Shown: positions 1 to 10,234 of the stretch, piece after piece | Layout: the number at the start of each line of letters is the position of its first letter | Position numbering within the stretch: position 1 is the stretch's first letter | Origin: Naegleria gruberi | Taxonomy: Eukaryota | Assembly (NCBI GenBank): GCA_000004985.1 | Contig: GG738845.1 | Reading direction: 5' to 3' (one strand) | DNA length: 64,000 nt | Position numbers and translations under genes: made by a program | The notes under the pieces: generated by a model | What the model saw: the letters and a program-made list of their open reading frames with translations, nothing else | What the model was told of the DNA's origin: nothing | The model's database searches: none

Positions 1-204
1 ATACATTGATCAGTTCCTAATAATATTTTTTTGATGGACCAATGGAACAAGCTAAGAATATGAAGTGGAACCAAATTAAAACCTATTAATAAATATTTCA
101 GTCAAAGTTCCTTACTTAAGAAAATATTTATTCTTTCTTCCGTAATTTTGTGATATTGTTCAATGTAATAATATTTATTAATTTTAATTTTTTAAATATA
201 AAAA

Positions 205-2082
205 ATGATGCAAAGGGTATCACGCTCAATTTCAGCTCGTTTGCCAACCTTGGTTTTGTACTCAAAAAAATCAAGTTTCGGAAAGAGTATTAGTAAATTA
301 CCTATTATTCATGTGGAACCTTGTGTAAAACAATATCATTCTAATTTTGTTAACTTGTCAATTAATCCAGAAAAATTTAAAATATTAGAATCAATTTACG
401 ACCAATTAGTTAATGTGGATATTGTACAACTTTTTGAGAGAGTAGAAAAACACAAGCAACAATTGCAATTAATGTCACTGGACAGAGTTAAAAATTCCGT
501 CACAACCGACAGATCCTCTTCAAATTCTCCAAAACCTAAATTAACTATTGAACCTCTTCAAGAAGATGTCAAGCTAAGAATATTAAAGAGTTTGGAAATT
601 CTTGCTTCATTACCGATTCCTCAAGAAGAAACTTTGGATGAACAAGGCAAACGTATAAAATACATTAAGAGCCAAGCTTTAAAGGCCTTAGGTGCAATAT
701 ACTCAGAGTTCTATCCATGGATGAAAATCGATAGAGATCCACATTTGGGTTTTTATTATATGCTCTCTTCTGCAAAACTTGACGATCCTGAGGCTTGTTA
801 TCATGTAGGAATTACATTCATGAATGCACTTAACTACTTAGCTGAACAAGAGTTAGAACCAGAAAAGTACAATTATATCAAGTCTTCGAGTTTTATGTAT
901 GGATCTGAGTATGATAAGGAAACAAGTACTTTTGTTTATATAGATGAAAAGTCCAGAAAGAAAAAGAACTTAATAGCTCAAGGAAAAGAAGAATTGTTAA
1001 AACAAAAAAAAACATCTGAAGAATACCTAAAGTATCCAGGAATTACAAAGGATGTTGTTTATATCAAGCTAAAGGAGAATGAAAAATTCTCTGTGGAATA
1101 TTTAAAAAAGGCTGCTGACTTAGGTGATGTAGATGCACAACTGATTATGTCTAAAATTTATTTGGAAGGAAAGGCTGGAGTTTCCTCAAATCTCAAATTT
1201 TCAATTCATTATGCGGAATTAGCAGCTAATCAACATAGTGGCCAAGCCCTTTTTAACTTAGGTAGTGTTTATCTGGTGGGAATGAGATCTCAAGTACCAA
1301 AACCTGGCTTTGAAGATTTTACTGACTATCAAATTCATACCACTCCAAATTCAACAGAGTTATTCGAAATTAAGAAAGATGTAGCAAAGGCAATCGAATA
1401 TTATGAACGTGCAACCCTTTGTAACTCCTCGGAAGCTGCATATTTCTTAGGGCATGCATACCATCACGGATTATATAATTTACCACAAAACACAGAGAAA
1501 GCCATCCTATATCTAAATCAAGCAATTAACTCAGCTCACAATGAAGCAGCTCACTACCTTTATTTAATGTATTTGACCGGGGAAAATTGCCAACAAGATT
1601 TACAAAAGGCTGAATACTATTTCAAAATAGCTATCCAATTACAGAGTCCAAATGCCCTTTTCGTTTTGGGTGATCGTTACTTCCATGGTAAAAATGGCTA
1701 TCCAGTTGACTATTCCAAGGCTTACGAGTTCTATACTATTGCTGGTGAAAGAAAGAATAAGAATGCATTGTATTGTTTGGGAGTTATGCATTATCATGGC
1801 ATCCATGTTGAGAAGAGCCACAGACTAGCTTACGAAAGGTATACACAGGCTGCTTCTGCTGGATCAAAAGAGGCTTACCTTGCCCTTTCTGATATGGTAC
1901 TTAAAGGAGAAGGTGGCGTACCTCGTGATGAACACTATGCAAAACAACTCAGAATAGCTCACGAACGTCTTGTGGCCATTGAAGAAGGAAGAGCAATTAA
2001 TCAATGTAAAGATACTGACCCAGCCATGGTTGCATCTGCAGGTTGTGGTAAATCAACTTGTCAATGTGCCCCACCACAGTAA
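205..2082 (+). CDS. Sel1-like repeat (SLR/TPR-like) protein with mitochondrial-type presequence
   Basis: Single 625-aa ORF with ATG at 205. N-terminus MMQRVSRSISARLPTLVLYSKKSS is R/S-rich and acid-free, presequence-like. Several ~36-aa Sel1-type repeats, e.g. AAYFLGHAYHHGLYNLPQNTEKAILYLNQA and ALYCLGVMHYHGIHVEKSHRLAYERYTQAA. Cys-rich C-terminus CGKSTCQCAPPQ. Confidence 0.6.
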   Translation: MMQRVSRSISARLPTLVLYSKKSSFGKSISKLPIIHVEPCVKQYHSNFVNLSINPEKFKILESIYDQLVNVDIVQLFERVEKHKQQLQLMSLDRVKNSVTTDRSSSNSPKPKLTIEPLQEDVKLRILKSLEILASLPIPQEETLDEQGKRIKYIKSQALKALGAIYSEFYPWMKIDRDPHLGFYYMLSSAKLDDPEACYHVGITFMNALNYLAEQELEPEKYNYIKSSSFMYGSEYDKETSTFVYIDEKSRKKKNLIAQGKEELLKQKKTSEEYLKYPGITKDVVYIKLKENEKFSVEYLKKAADLGDVDAQLIMSKIYLEGKAGVSSNLKFSIHYAELAANQHSGQALFNLGSVYLVGMRSQVPKPGFEDFTDYQIHTTPNSTELFEIKKDVAKAIEYYERATLCNSSEAAYFLGHAYHHGLYNLPQNTEKAILYLNQAINSAHNEAAHYLYLMYLTGENCQQDLQKAEYYFKIAIQLQSPNALFVLGDRYFHGKNGYPVDYSKAYEFYTIAGERKNKNALYCLGVMHYHGIHVEKSHRLAYERYTQAASAGSKEAYLALSDMVLKGEGGVPRDEHYAKQLRIAHERLVAIEEGRAINQCKDTDPAMVASAGCGKSTCQCAPPQ

Positions 2083-2119
2083 ATAGCTAAATCAAGCAAT
2101 CAAATAAAATTTATATCTN

Positions 2120-2179
2120 NNNNNNNNNNNNNNNNNNNNNNNNNNNNNNNNNNNNNNNNNNNNNNNNNNNNNNNNNNNN
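2120..2179. other. Assembly gap (60 N)
   Basis: Run of 60 n characters. It truncates the 3' end of the minus-strand ORF 2188..4620. Confidence 0.99.
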
Positions 2180-2187
2180 ACTCTTCT

Positions 2188-4620
2188 CTATATAAGGCTG
2201 GATTCCTCATTGGAAAGTTCATCAGAAAGAGTTTTTTCCATTGGACTAGTATTAACCTTTCTTTTGAAGGAAACAGAACAACCCCCATATAAATCCTTTA
2301 ACATCTTTTTGTTTAAAAGCATATATTGCTCAATTATCATCATTAGTAGAATGGTGAAATCCATAATCATCGATCTATTAATTCCAATAAAAACCCCAAA
2401 CAAATCCCAGCCAAATAAATAGGTTAACATAAATAAAGCACCAACCAGTATTAACAATAAGAAACAAATATCAGCAAATATCATAAATCTAGTAAACTGA
2501 GCAGCAAGGTTATTTAAGTAATGGAATATAATAAAAATTACCTTCAATCTGGCAAAAGAAACATTCTCTTTCATTGACTTTAGTTTGTAATACATTCTAA
2601 TCCCACTAAATAAAAATCCAATTGGGAAAATCCACAAATACATCATTCCAAATGCAATAAATACCATGAATATTATTGATAGTTTGGTAATAAAAAATGA
2701 CATGCAAATTACTGAAATAAGAAGAGCCAGTAAGGAAAGGTAAAATCCAGAAAGAATCAATTTGTTTCCAAGTGTAAGAGATTCTTGAGGACGTTCTTCT
2801 TTCTTAATTAGAGAAGATTTTTCAACTTGTTCAGACTTTTCCTCATCTTCAGGACAATCATTATTTTCTTGTTGGTCAGTTCTACTAGACCCTAATAAAG
2901 CTTTTCCAGTTGCTGCAATGCTTGCACTGATTCCAGAAATAAAATTATCATTTGTTGAGGTCATATGTTGCCAACTGACAAGCATACTTGCAAAGCTGCA
3001 ACATAAAAGTACCAAAGAAACCATTCTCATCATTCCATTACCCAATAGTAACATAAATCCGTTCTTTGATGTATTATCCTCTTGGTTATAAACATTTGAA
3101 AAAACATATAAATTAAAAAGATAGGCAAACACTTCCTGAGCGCTCATCCACAATATAGAAATAAATAAAATGGTATTACTTTGCATCCTTAAATCAAATA
3201 GAGATGTAACATAGGAATATTTACGATTATAATACTTAGTCCTGGCTTCTTTACATATTGCACAACATAAAGGTAATTGTAATAAGAAGATTGATGTAAA
3301 TAGCAGTAAAATAGTACATAAAAATATAAATATAGGTCCAAACTCGAATACAAACGGTATTATGAAATGTGAATAAACGTCACACTTATACCCAAATGTA
3401 AAATTTTTCATTCCTGGCACCAAGCTCAAACTATTACCCTCACAAAAGCAGTTATAAGGAAAATAAGATTGCTGGATAAACTTCATAAAATCATAAAATG
3501 ATAAAACATTTCTGAAGGCAGAAATATCCATTAAATCTGACGCCAAATAAAAAGTTCCTATTTTCATATTATCATTAACAGAATCTTCTATGCACTGTTG
3601 TTGAGCTTTTTGTACCACAATAGAGTTAAAAAGTGGGCAAGCATCTCTGTAGCCATCCCCATCACTGATGGTATTGTTAACTAAGAAAAATCTAAAATCC
3701 TTGCTATTATTGTTATTACAATAATAACAGTAATTATAAAACCATGAAAATTCATCCAATTGACTCCATGTTGTCAAATTCAATTTTCTATTTTCTACTT
3801 CATGATATTTTCCTGTTGATGTACAAAAAAATTGAATACATAGGTTTGATTCTTCATCAAATGTGTCATGTTCAACACTAAAAGGTAGATCAGAGACAGT
3901 AAGATAGTTTCTTGGAGGAGCATCAGAAGAGCACACATCTATCATTGGAGAATCAGGAGGATATAAGCTTACTGAATAATCCCCAACGCTGGCAAGTAAG
4001 CTATAGGAATAATTTGGAATGTAAAGTTTTGAATAAGAAGTACCATTTAGATCTGTCCTAACCCAAGGATTTTTAACAGTGTAGAGAGCAGGAAATTTTT
4101 TTGTAATAATATCAATCTCTGGAGAATATTGAACTGTGGGTGAAGCTGCGAAAAGGATGAGAATGATCATGGAGAAAGTGAGAATAAATACCAAATGTTC
4201 AATAAGAGGTCTAGATGTAAAGTAGGACAATAAAGAAGGATGAGAGGTTAATAGTAAAGACTTTTCGTTTGGTAAAATTGATGTCCTCCGCAACTTTTTT
4301 CTGTTAAGAAGTATTTGTGGTGGTGGTGGTGGGGAGGGATGTTGTTCTCTAAAGTGTTCTATAAAAACCTCTTTAAAAGATTTGGCTAATTGTTCAATAA
4401 TTATTTTTCTATTGTGATGACCCAGGACAATATTTGATGGTGTATCCAAATTGTTGGAAATACCATCTCCGAATGGTAGTATTGTAGATGATCGTGGAGG
4501 AGTTATGTGTTGTGAAGTACAATGAATTGGTATTGCCATTTTTTTAATATATATAACGGTTATTCTTAAAATCATAAGTAATATTAAAATAATAATACGC
4601 AATGTAGGACTCTGAATCAA
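2188..4620 (-). CDS. Multi-pass membrane protein with large N-terminal extracytoplasmic Cys-containing domain (3' end truncated by gap), function unknown
   Basis: 810-aa ORF. Signal-anchor MIQSPTLRIIILILLMILRITVIYI, then a ~380-aa hydrophilic Cys-containing domain, then about 8 predicted TM helices (e.g. FIIPFVFEFGPIFIFLCTILLLFTSIFLL, IIFMVFIAFGMMYLWIFPIGFLF). The ORF runs into the N gap, so the C-terminus and stop are unreliable. No family recognised. Confidence 0.45.
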   Translation of the reverse strand: MIQSPTLRIIILILLMILRITVIYIKKMAIPIHCTSQHITPPRSSTILPFGDGISNNLDTPSNIVLGHHNRKIIIEQLAKSFKEVFIEHFREQHPSPPPPPQILLNRKKLRRTSILPNEKSLLLTSHPSLLSYFTSRPLIEHLVFILTFSMIILILFAASPTVQYSPEIDIITKKFPALYTVKNPWVRTDLNGTSYSKLYIPNYSYSLLASVGDYSVSLYPPDSPMIDVCSSDAPPRNYLTVSDLPFSVEHDTFDEESNLCIQFFCTSTGKYHEVENRKLNLTTWSQLDEFSWFYNYCYYCNNNNSKDFRFFLVNNTISDGDGYRDACPLFNSIVVQKAQQQCIEDSVNDNMKIGTFYLASDLMDISAFRNVLSFYDFMKFIQQSYFPYNCFCEGNSLSLVPGMKNFTFGYKCDVYSHFIIPFVFEFGPIFIFLCTILLLFTSIFLLQLPLCCAICKEARTKYYNRKYSYVTSLFDLRMQSNTILFISILWMSAQEVFAYLFNLYVFSNVYNQEDNTSKNGFMLLLGNGMMRMVSLVLLCCSFASMLVSWQHMTSTNDNFISGISASIAATGKALLGSSRTDQQENNDCPEDEEKSEQVEKSSLIKKEERPQESLTLGNKLILSGFYLSLLALLISVICMSFFITKLSIIFMVFIAFGMMYLWIFPIGFLFSGIRMYYKLKSMKENVSFARLKVIFIIFHYLNNLAAQFTRFMIFADICFLLLILVGALFMLTYLFGWDLFGVFIGINRSMIMDFTILLMMIIEQYMLLNKKMLKDLYGGCSVSFKRKVNTSPMEKTLSDELSNEESSLI

Positions 4621-4705
4621 AACTATATAAATATAATATAATGAATTCCTTGTAAAGAGTTTGTAATATTTAATTAATCATCAAAATAAATATTGCAATA
4701 AAAAA

Positions 4706-7700
4706 ATGATCTCAACACAAAAAGCTATTCATCACATTGTGTTGCTGAGAAAGAAGCCTTTGCTTTTGCATTGGAACATTCTCATTTTCATGATTTTATA
4801 TCCTTTAGCTTCTTTGGGAATTAATGTCTACTTACTTCCTGCCATGTTGCACTCTCATTCCGATCATTCTCACCATCATCATCATCACGAATCACATTCA
4901 GATAATTTATTTTTTTATCATCTTGTTTGTTTGGGTCCTTTGGCTTTGATACATTTAGTTACATTCCTCTCAGCCTATTGGAATGTTAATATCAAGGCTT
5001 TTTTTCAATACTCACCTGTTGGTTCTGATTCCATCAGTGAAGGAATTGTTGTTAAAGTTGTTCCGAACAAACACAAAGGGTTCACAGAATTATGCCCTCT
5101 AAAATTAATAAGAGAGGAAAATGGGCAACAGCGATATTATTTCGAATATCAAAAGCGAGGCTTTTATTGGGATGAAAATTTAAAACAATTCGTTAGAAAC
5201 CGTTTTCCATATCAAAATTTGGAGCAAAAATCCCAAACACTCAAGGAATGGATCACAAAGACTGAGAAACAAGGTTTAACTGATAAGGAAACACACGTTA
5301 AGAGAAGAATTTATGGTCATAATCAATTTGAAATTCCAATACCAAAGTTCCTTGAGTTATTTATCGAACATGCATTAGCTCCATTCTTTGTATTTCAAGT
5401 ATTCTGTGTATTGTTGTGGTGTTTAGATGAGTATTGGTACTATTCCCTTTTTACACTTGTTATGTTGTTCATGTTTGAGAGTACTGTTGTAAATTCGAGA
5501 TTGAGAAGTCTTAACCAAATAAGACAAATGGCCACAAAGCCTCAATTCTTAAATGTCTATAGAGATGGCAAGTGGATAGAAATTTCAAGTATTGATCTCT
5601 TACCTAACGATATAATTTCTGTTACTCATCATGCTGAAGAAGGCCAAGTAACACCATGCGATATTTTATTAATTAGTGGCAAATGTGTAACGAATGAAGC
5701 CCTCCTTACTGGTGAATCTACTCCACAAATGAAAGAATGTATTCCTGTGGAAGAGTTGAAGGATAGAAAGAAGCTTGATATCAAAAATATTGATAAGAGT
5801 CATGTTATATTTGGAGGTACAGTTGTTTTACAACACACAACAGGAACAGCATGTGGAAAACAAGCTCCAGACAAAGGTGCTGTTGGTATTGTGTTGAGAA
5901 CAGGCTTTGAGACGTCTCAAGGAAAGCTCATTAGAACCATTTTATATGCTTCTGAACGTGTGAGCGCTAATAACGTAGAAGCACTATTGTTCATCTTGTT
6001 CCTTTTAATTTTTGCAATTATTGCTAGTGCATATGTGCTATATGAGGGATTAAAGAATCCTGAAAAGAGCAGATACAAATTGGCACTCAATTGCATTTTA
6101 ATTATTACTTCTGTAGTTCCTCCTGAATTACCAATGGAACTTTCTCTTGCAGTCAATAACTCTTTATTGTCACTCTCCATGTTAGGAATTTTCTGTACTG
6201 AACCTTTCAGAATCCCATACGCTGGTAAAGTTAACGTTTGTTGCTTTGACAAGACTGGTACCCTAGTCAGTGATAAGATGACACTCAAGGGAATTGCAAT
6301 GTCAGAAAATGATTCTGATGAATTATTGGAGAAACCAAGTGAAAAGAGTAGAATGGTATTGGCTGGTTGTCAATCCCTCATCGATCTGAATGGAAAAATA
6401 TTGGGTGATCCTATGGAAGTTTCTGGTCTTTCTGGTGTTGAATATGAAATCAATAAGGATATTATTCAAAGTACTTCATCAAAGACCATCAAATCCATCA
6501 AAATACTGAAGAGATTTCCTTTCAACTCAGTCCTCAAAAGAATGTCTACTATTGTTCATGTTGTAGAGAAGAATGACTCTAAGGTTACTCGTGTTCTCGT
6601 AAAGGGAGCTCCAGAGTTAGTAAAGCCATTCCTTACTGGAAGTGAAGTTCCAGGCGCTCTTCAATCCTATGACACTAGATTCCAACATTTAACCCAAATC
6701 GGTATGAGAGTAATCACACTTGCCTATAAGGATTTGAACACCACCGATCTTAATGTAGTAGAAAAATTAACTAGAGAAGAAGTAGAAAAAGATTTGATTT
6801 TTGCTGGCTTTGCTTCATTCCAAAGTGATATTAAGCCAAATACCAAAGAAACTATTCAAAATCTTAAAAATAGCTCACACAAGGTTATTATGATCACTGG
6901 CGATAATCCTTTGACCGCCTCACATGTTGCAAAAGAATTAGAAATGACAAACAAGCCAATTCTGTCCCTCAAACAAGACAATGAAAAATATTATTGGTTC
7001 GGAAATACTAGCAGTGGATGTGACTCGGACACGCACAAAGATTTTGATATTAGTACTATTCCAACACTTTCAAAATCATTTGATTTTTGTGTAAGTGGTG
7101 AACAAATGGCTAACCTTTCAGCACTTTCGAATGGAAAAACTATTTTGGATGTCCTTTCTTCCCATGTTGCAATTTTCGCTCGTGTTAGCCCCGAACAAAA
7201 AGAATCCATCTTGACATCACTCAAATCACAAAATTATCAAACTCTCATGTGTGGTGATGGTACTAATGATGTTGGTGCCTTGAAACAAGCTCATGTTGGT
7301 GTGGCACTTCTCGAAAATAAGCCCCAACCAAAGAAGGAAAACGAAACCCAACAACCAAATACACCCCTCCATAAGAAGAGCGATATTATCAAGGAACTTT
7401 CTAAAGTTAATCCATCAGTTAGTCCTCAAGCTCAACAAAAGAAATCCTTCACAGAGTTGTTGAAAGAAATGAAAGAAAAACAAGAACAGTTGGCAGCTCA
7501 AGAAGAGGCTAATCTTGTTAAGTTGGGAGATGCTTCAATTGCTAGCCCTTTCACTTCTCGTAAATCCACAATAGAATCATGTGCTCATATTATCATGCAA
7601 GGACGTTGTACATTAGTTACCACAATGCAAATGTACAAAATATTAGCTTTAAATTGTCTCATTTCTGCCTATTCTTTGAGCGCTCTCTACTTGGATGGTG

Positions 7701-8305
7701 TAAAGTTTGGTGATTCACAAATGATGATAACTGGCTTTGGAGTTGCCTTGTGCTTCCTTTTCATTTCAAGATCCAAACCTTTAGATACTTTATCCAAAGA
7801 AAGACCACATATTACTATTTTTTCTCCTTACATGTTAGCAACTGTGATGGGACAATTTATTGTTCACTTGACAACACTAGCTCTCAGTGTTCAGGCTGCC
7901 AAACTTGCTGCTCCTGAAGTGTTATTCGAACCAAAAGAAGCAGATTTTAAACCTAATCTTCTTAATACTATTGTTTTCATTGTTACTTCCCTTCAAACAA
8001 TTGTCACATTTGCTACAAATTATAAGGGAAGGCCATTCATGCAAGGCTTGACAGAAAACAAACCTCTCTTCTTCATTTTGGCAGGTATAGGAGCATTATG
8101 CATGTTATGTGCAAGTGGTTTAGTACCAGAATTGAATGCAACCATGGAATTAGTAGACATTCCTGAGGGAATTTCAGTTTTCCACACTTTTTCATTTAGA
8201 AGTTTCCTTTTGGTTCTTCTCTTTGCTAATATTGGAGCTGTTTTATTGGTAGAAAAGATGTGTGCTACTTTCTTCCCTGCAAGTGATTCAATTGATAATC
8301 TTTAG
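4706..8305 (+). CDS. SPF1: P5A-type P-type ATPase (Spf1/ATP13A1 family)
   Basis: 1199-aa single ORF. P-type motifs: CFDKTGTLVSDK (DKTGT phosphorylation site), LTGESTP, GDGTNDVGALKQAHVGVAL. The VVPPELPMELSLAVN motif in TM4 is diagnostic of the P5A subfamily. His-rich N-terminal tract HSHSDHSHHHHHHESHSD. Confidence 0.85.
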   Translation: MISTQKAIHHIVLLRKKPLLLHWNILIFMILYPLASLGINVYLLPAMLHSHSDHSHHHHHHESHSDNLFFYHLVCLGPLALIHLVTFLSAYWNVNIKAFFQYSPVGSDSISEGIVVKVVPNKHKGFTELCPLKLIREENGQQRYYFEYQKRGFYWDENLKQFVRNRFPYQNLEQKSQTLKEWITKTEKQGLTDKETHVKRRIYGHNQFEIPIPKFLELFIEHALAPFFVFQVFCVLLWCLDEYWYYSLFTLVMLFMFESTVVNSRLRSLNQIRQMATKPQFLNVYRDGKWIEISSIDLLPNDIISVTHHAEEGQVTPCDILLISGKCVTNEALLTGESTPQMKECIPVEELKDRKKLDIKNIDKSHVIFGGTVVLQHTTGTACGKQAPDKGAVGIVLRTGFETSQGKLIRTILYASERVSANNVEALLFILFLLIFAIIASAYVLYEGLKNPEKSRYKLALNCILIITSVVPPELPMELSLAVNNSLLSLSMLGIFCTEPFRIPYAGKVNVCCFDKTGTLVSDKMTLKGIAMSENDSDELLEKPSEKSRMVLAGCQSLIDLNGKILGDPMEVSGLSGVEYEINKDIIQSTSSKTIKSIKILKRFPFNSVLKRMSTIVHVVEKNDSKVTRVLVKGAPELVKPFLTGSEVPGALQSYDTRFQHLTQIGMRVITLAYKDLNTTDLNVVEKLTREEVEKDLIFAGFASFQSDIKPNTKETIQNLKNSSHKVIMITGDNPLTASHVAKELEMTNKPILSLKQDNEKYYWFGNTSSGCDSDTHKDFDISTIPTLSKSFDFCVSGEQMANLSALSNGKTILDVLSSHVAIFARVSPEQKESILTSLKSQNYQTLMCGDGTNDVGALKQAHVGVALLENKPQPKKENETQQPNTPLHKKSDIIKELSKVNPSVSPQAQQKKSFTELLKEMKEKQEQLAAQEEANLVKLGDASIASPFTSRKSTIESCAHIIMQGRCTLVTTMQMYKILALNCLISAYSLSALYLDGVKFGDSQMMITGFGVALCFLFISRSKPLDTLSKERPHITIFSPYMLATVMGQFIVHLTTLALSVQAAKLAAPEVLFEPKEADFKPNLLNTIVFIVTSLQTIVTFATNYKGRPFMQGLTENKPLFFILAGIGALCMLCASGLVPELNATMELVDIPEGISVFHTFSFRSFLLVLLFANIGAVLLVEKMCATFFPASDSIDNL

Positions 8306-8307
8306 TT

Positions 8308-10212
8308 CTACAACAATACCTCTCCAATAAATTTACATGATTTAAGAATATCTTGTTTTCCTGATTTTGAAACACGACAATCTGTCAAATCTAAAAATCT
8401 CAAACTCCACGATCTTTTTAAATAATCAATAATCTCATCTCCTATCAGTGTGTGTGAAATAATGAGAAGTTGTAATCTTCTGAAACCCCTTTTTGAATCC
8501 ACAATTCTATTGAATATTGCCTCACAAGCAGTGTTTGCAGCGATGTTTGTATGGCTCATATCCAATGAATGCATTCTTGGAGGTAAGGAGATTGGACTTT
8601 TAAAACAACCATTACTTATCTCATTATTGCGAGCAAGATTTAAAACCTTCAATGTTGATATCTGAAATATGGCATGACAACCAATATCGGTAATGTTATT
8701 CATTGACAAATCCAATTCTTCAATACCCCTATTTTCCTTTTGTGACTGAAAGTGCTCTGATATTTTTTGAGCACTACTAGAGGTCAACCCAGTATCAATC
8801 AGTTTTAGTATCCTTAGTGGTATTTTGCAATTTTCCAAAATAGTTTCAATATGTTGATTTGATATTGTAAAACTATTAATTTCCAAATATCTTAGATTGC
8901 ACGATTCTCTCATACAAACATTATGGTTAATCTTTAATTTGGTAATAAATTTTGAAGGTATTAAATCCTTTTCATTCTGCAAGCTTTTTCGAACATCCAA
9001 ACATTTAATATTTGGAAGCTTTCTTAAAATTGTATTCATTGATTCTGTGAATAGAGAAAGAGAATAATTTCCAGCAATTTTTAATACTTTGCAATTATTG
9101 ATATTATCCAACAATGTTAAAAATCCAGTAAAATAATCAAGTGAACAAAATGATAGATCAAGGTACTCCAATGACTTGTTAGTACAAGTCTCATATTTTT
9201 CATGATCCAATTTGATACCAATATTGTATTTCAATGAAAGTTTCTGTAAATTTTTCATAGTGGTTAATATTTCAACCAAACTGTCGTCTGTTAAATCACA
9301 CCCATCCAATGATAACTCTTTTAATGATACTTTTGATGAGCATAAGCTATGTACAATTGATTTAAATAATATTCGAGTTTCTTTAGAATATTCATCCTCC
9401 AGCTGATTATTTTCAATCGAACCAAAAAGATAATTTAGTTTCAGTACTTGTAATTTGGGTGAATTGTAAAATAATTTATCGAACCATCCAACACAATTCT
9501 GAATATAATCCAGAGAATTTCTGTAAAACTTCCGTTGACATGGAAATGTCATCCCAGAGAGATCTAAATATTTTAAATTATCCAACTTGTTTTCAATTAA
9601 AGCGTTGAAATTATGCAATAAAGAACTTTCATCGGATTTAATATTTAAATATCTAATAATTGAAATAAAACTTTGTTCTCTATTAATTATATTCATTCTA
9701 CTTTTTAAAAATTCATTATTCCATAATTTTAAAACTCTATACGAATAGGGAGAAAAATCCAATTTCTCAATTGTTAAATTATTTTTTCCATGTTTTAAAT
9801 ATTGACTCATAAAATTGATGGGACTAGACAACTTGGAATTCAGAGTTAATCCCCTACAGTGTGATGGTATAAAGTTGGAAAGTACAGATATTGTAAGATT
9901 AAAATCTTGATTCTTTCCATAGGGCCATTCATATAAATTACAATATTTAATATTTGGCCAAACCAGAAATATTCTACTTCTTCCTCCTCCTTCCTTGTAT
10001 CCAAATAGTAATTTAATAAAATAGGATTTCAAATAATATAATGGTGTTGATTCATCATAGAGAGAATATAAATTTTCCAGTAATGATTGTTGTTGATTTT
10101 GAATTTTACAATCCTCCAAATATTCAATAACATAAATTGAAATATTCAATTCTAAATATTCCATAATACAATAAACAATTTCGATTGGTAAATCAACATG
10201 GGCACGAAGCAT
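8308..10212 (-). CDS. F-box / leucine-rich-repeat protein
   Basis: 634-aa ORF. N-terminal F-box-like motif HVDLPIEIVYCIMEYLE, followed by many LxxLxLxxC/N LRR units (e.g. LRFLDLTDCRVS, LEYLDLSFCSLD, LRYLEINSFTIS). Confidence 0.55.
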   Translation of the reverse strand: MLRAHVDLPIEIVYCIMEYLELNISIYVIEYLEDCKIQNQQQSLLENLYSLYDESTPLYYLKSYFIKLLFGYKEGGGRSRIFLVWPNIKYCNLYEWPYGKNQDFNLTISVLSNFIPSHCRGLTLNSKLSSPINFMSQYLKHGKNNLTIEKLDFSPYSYRVLKLWNNEFLKSRMNIINREQSFISIIRYLNIKSDESSLLHNFNALIENKLDNLKYLDLSGMTFPCQRKFYRNSLDYIQNCVGWFDKLFYNSPKLQVLKLNYLFGSIENNQLEDEYSKETRILFKSIVHSLCSSKVSLKELSLDGCDLTDDSLVEILTTMKNLQKLSLKYNIGIKLDHEKYETCTNKSLEYLDLSFCSLDYFTGFLTLLDNINNCKVLKIAGNYSLSLFTESMNTILRKLPNIKCLDVRKSLQNEKDLIPSKFITKLKINHNVCMRESCNLRYLEINSFTISNQHIETILENCKIPLRILKLIDTGLTSSSAQKISEHFQSQKENRGIEELDLSMNNITDIGCHAIFQISTLKVLNLARNNEISNGCFKSPISLPPRMHSLDMSHTNIAANTACEAIFNRIVDSKRGFRRLQLLIISHTLIGDEIIDYLKRSWSLRFLDLTDCRVSKSGKQDILKSCKFIGEVLL

Positions 10213-10234
10213 TTTTTTTCTAATAACTTTTTAA
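10213..10234. promoter_or_regulatory. 22-bp divergent intergenic spacer between the ATGs of the F-box/LRR gene (-) and the Zn2Cys6 gene (+)
   Basis: Start codons at 10212 (minus) and 10235 (plus) are separated by only 22 bp (ttttttttctaataactttttaa). Implies a shared minimal bidirectional promoter and very short 5' UTRs. Confidence 0.4.

Noticed and set aside
1-204. Possible 3' end of a gene at the left window edge (short frame ...DGPMEQAKNMKWNQIKTY*)
   Set aside because: Only 20 codons with no recognisable similarity; cannot be distinguished from chance ORF in UTR/intergenic DNA.
1639-1821. Numerous 60-140-aa ORFs embedded in or antisense to larger genes (e.g. 1639..1821, 5917..6288, 6991..7224, 8450..8665, 10588..10896, 12387..12572, 17266..17478, 21911..22183, 26735..27163, 35239..35548, 39459..39872, 43477..43692, 53132..53485, 57643..57931, 58648..58935, 63040..63543)
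   Set aside because: Each lies within a longer ORF with clear homology or domain structure on the same or opposite strand. None has independent support.
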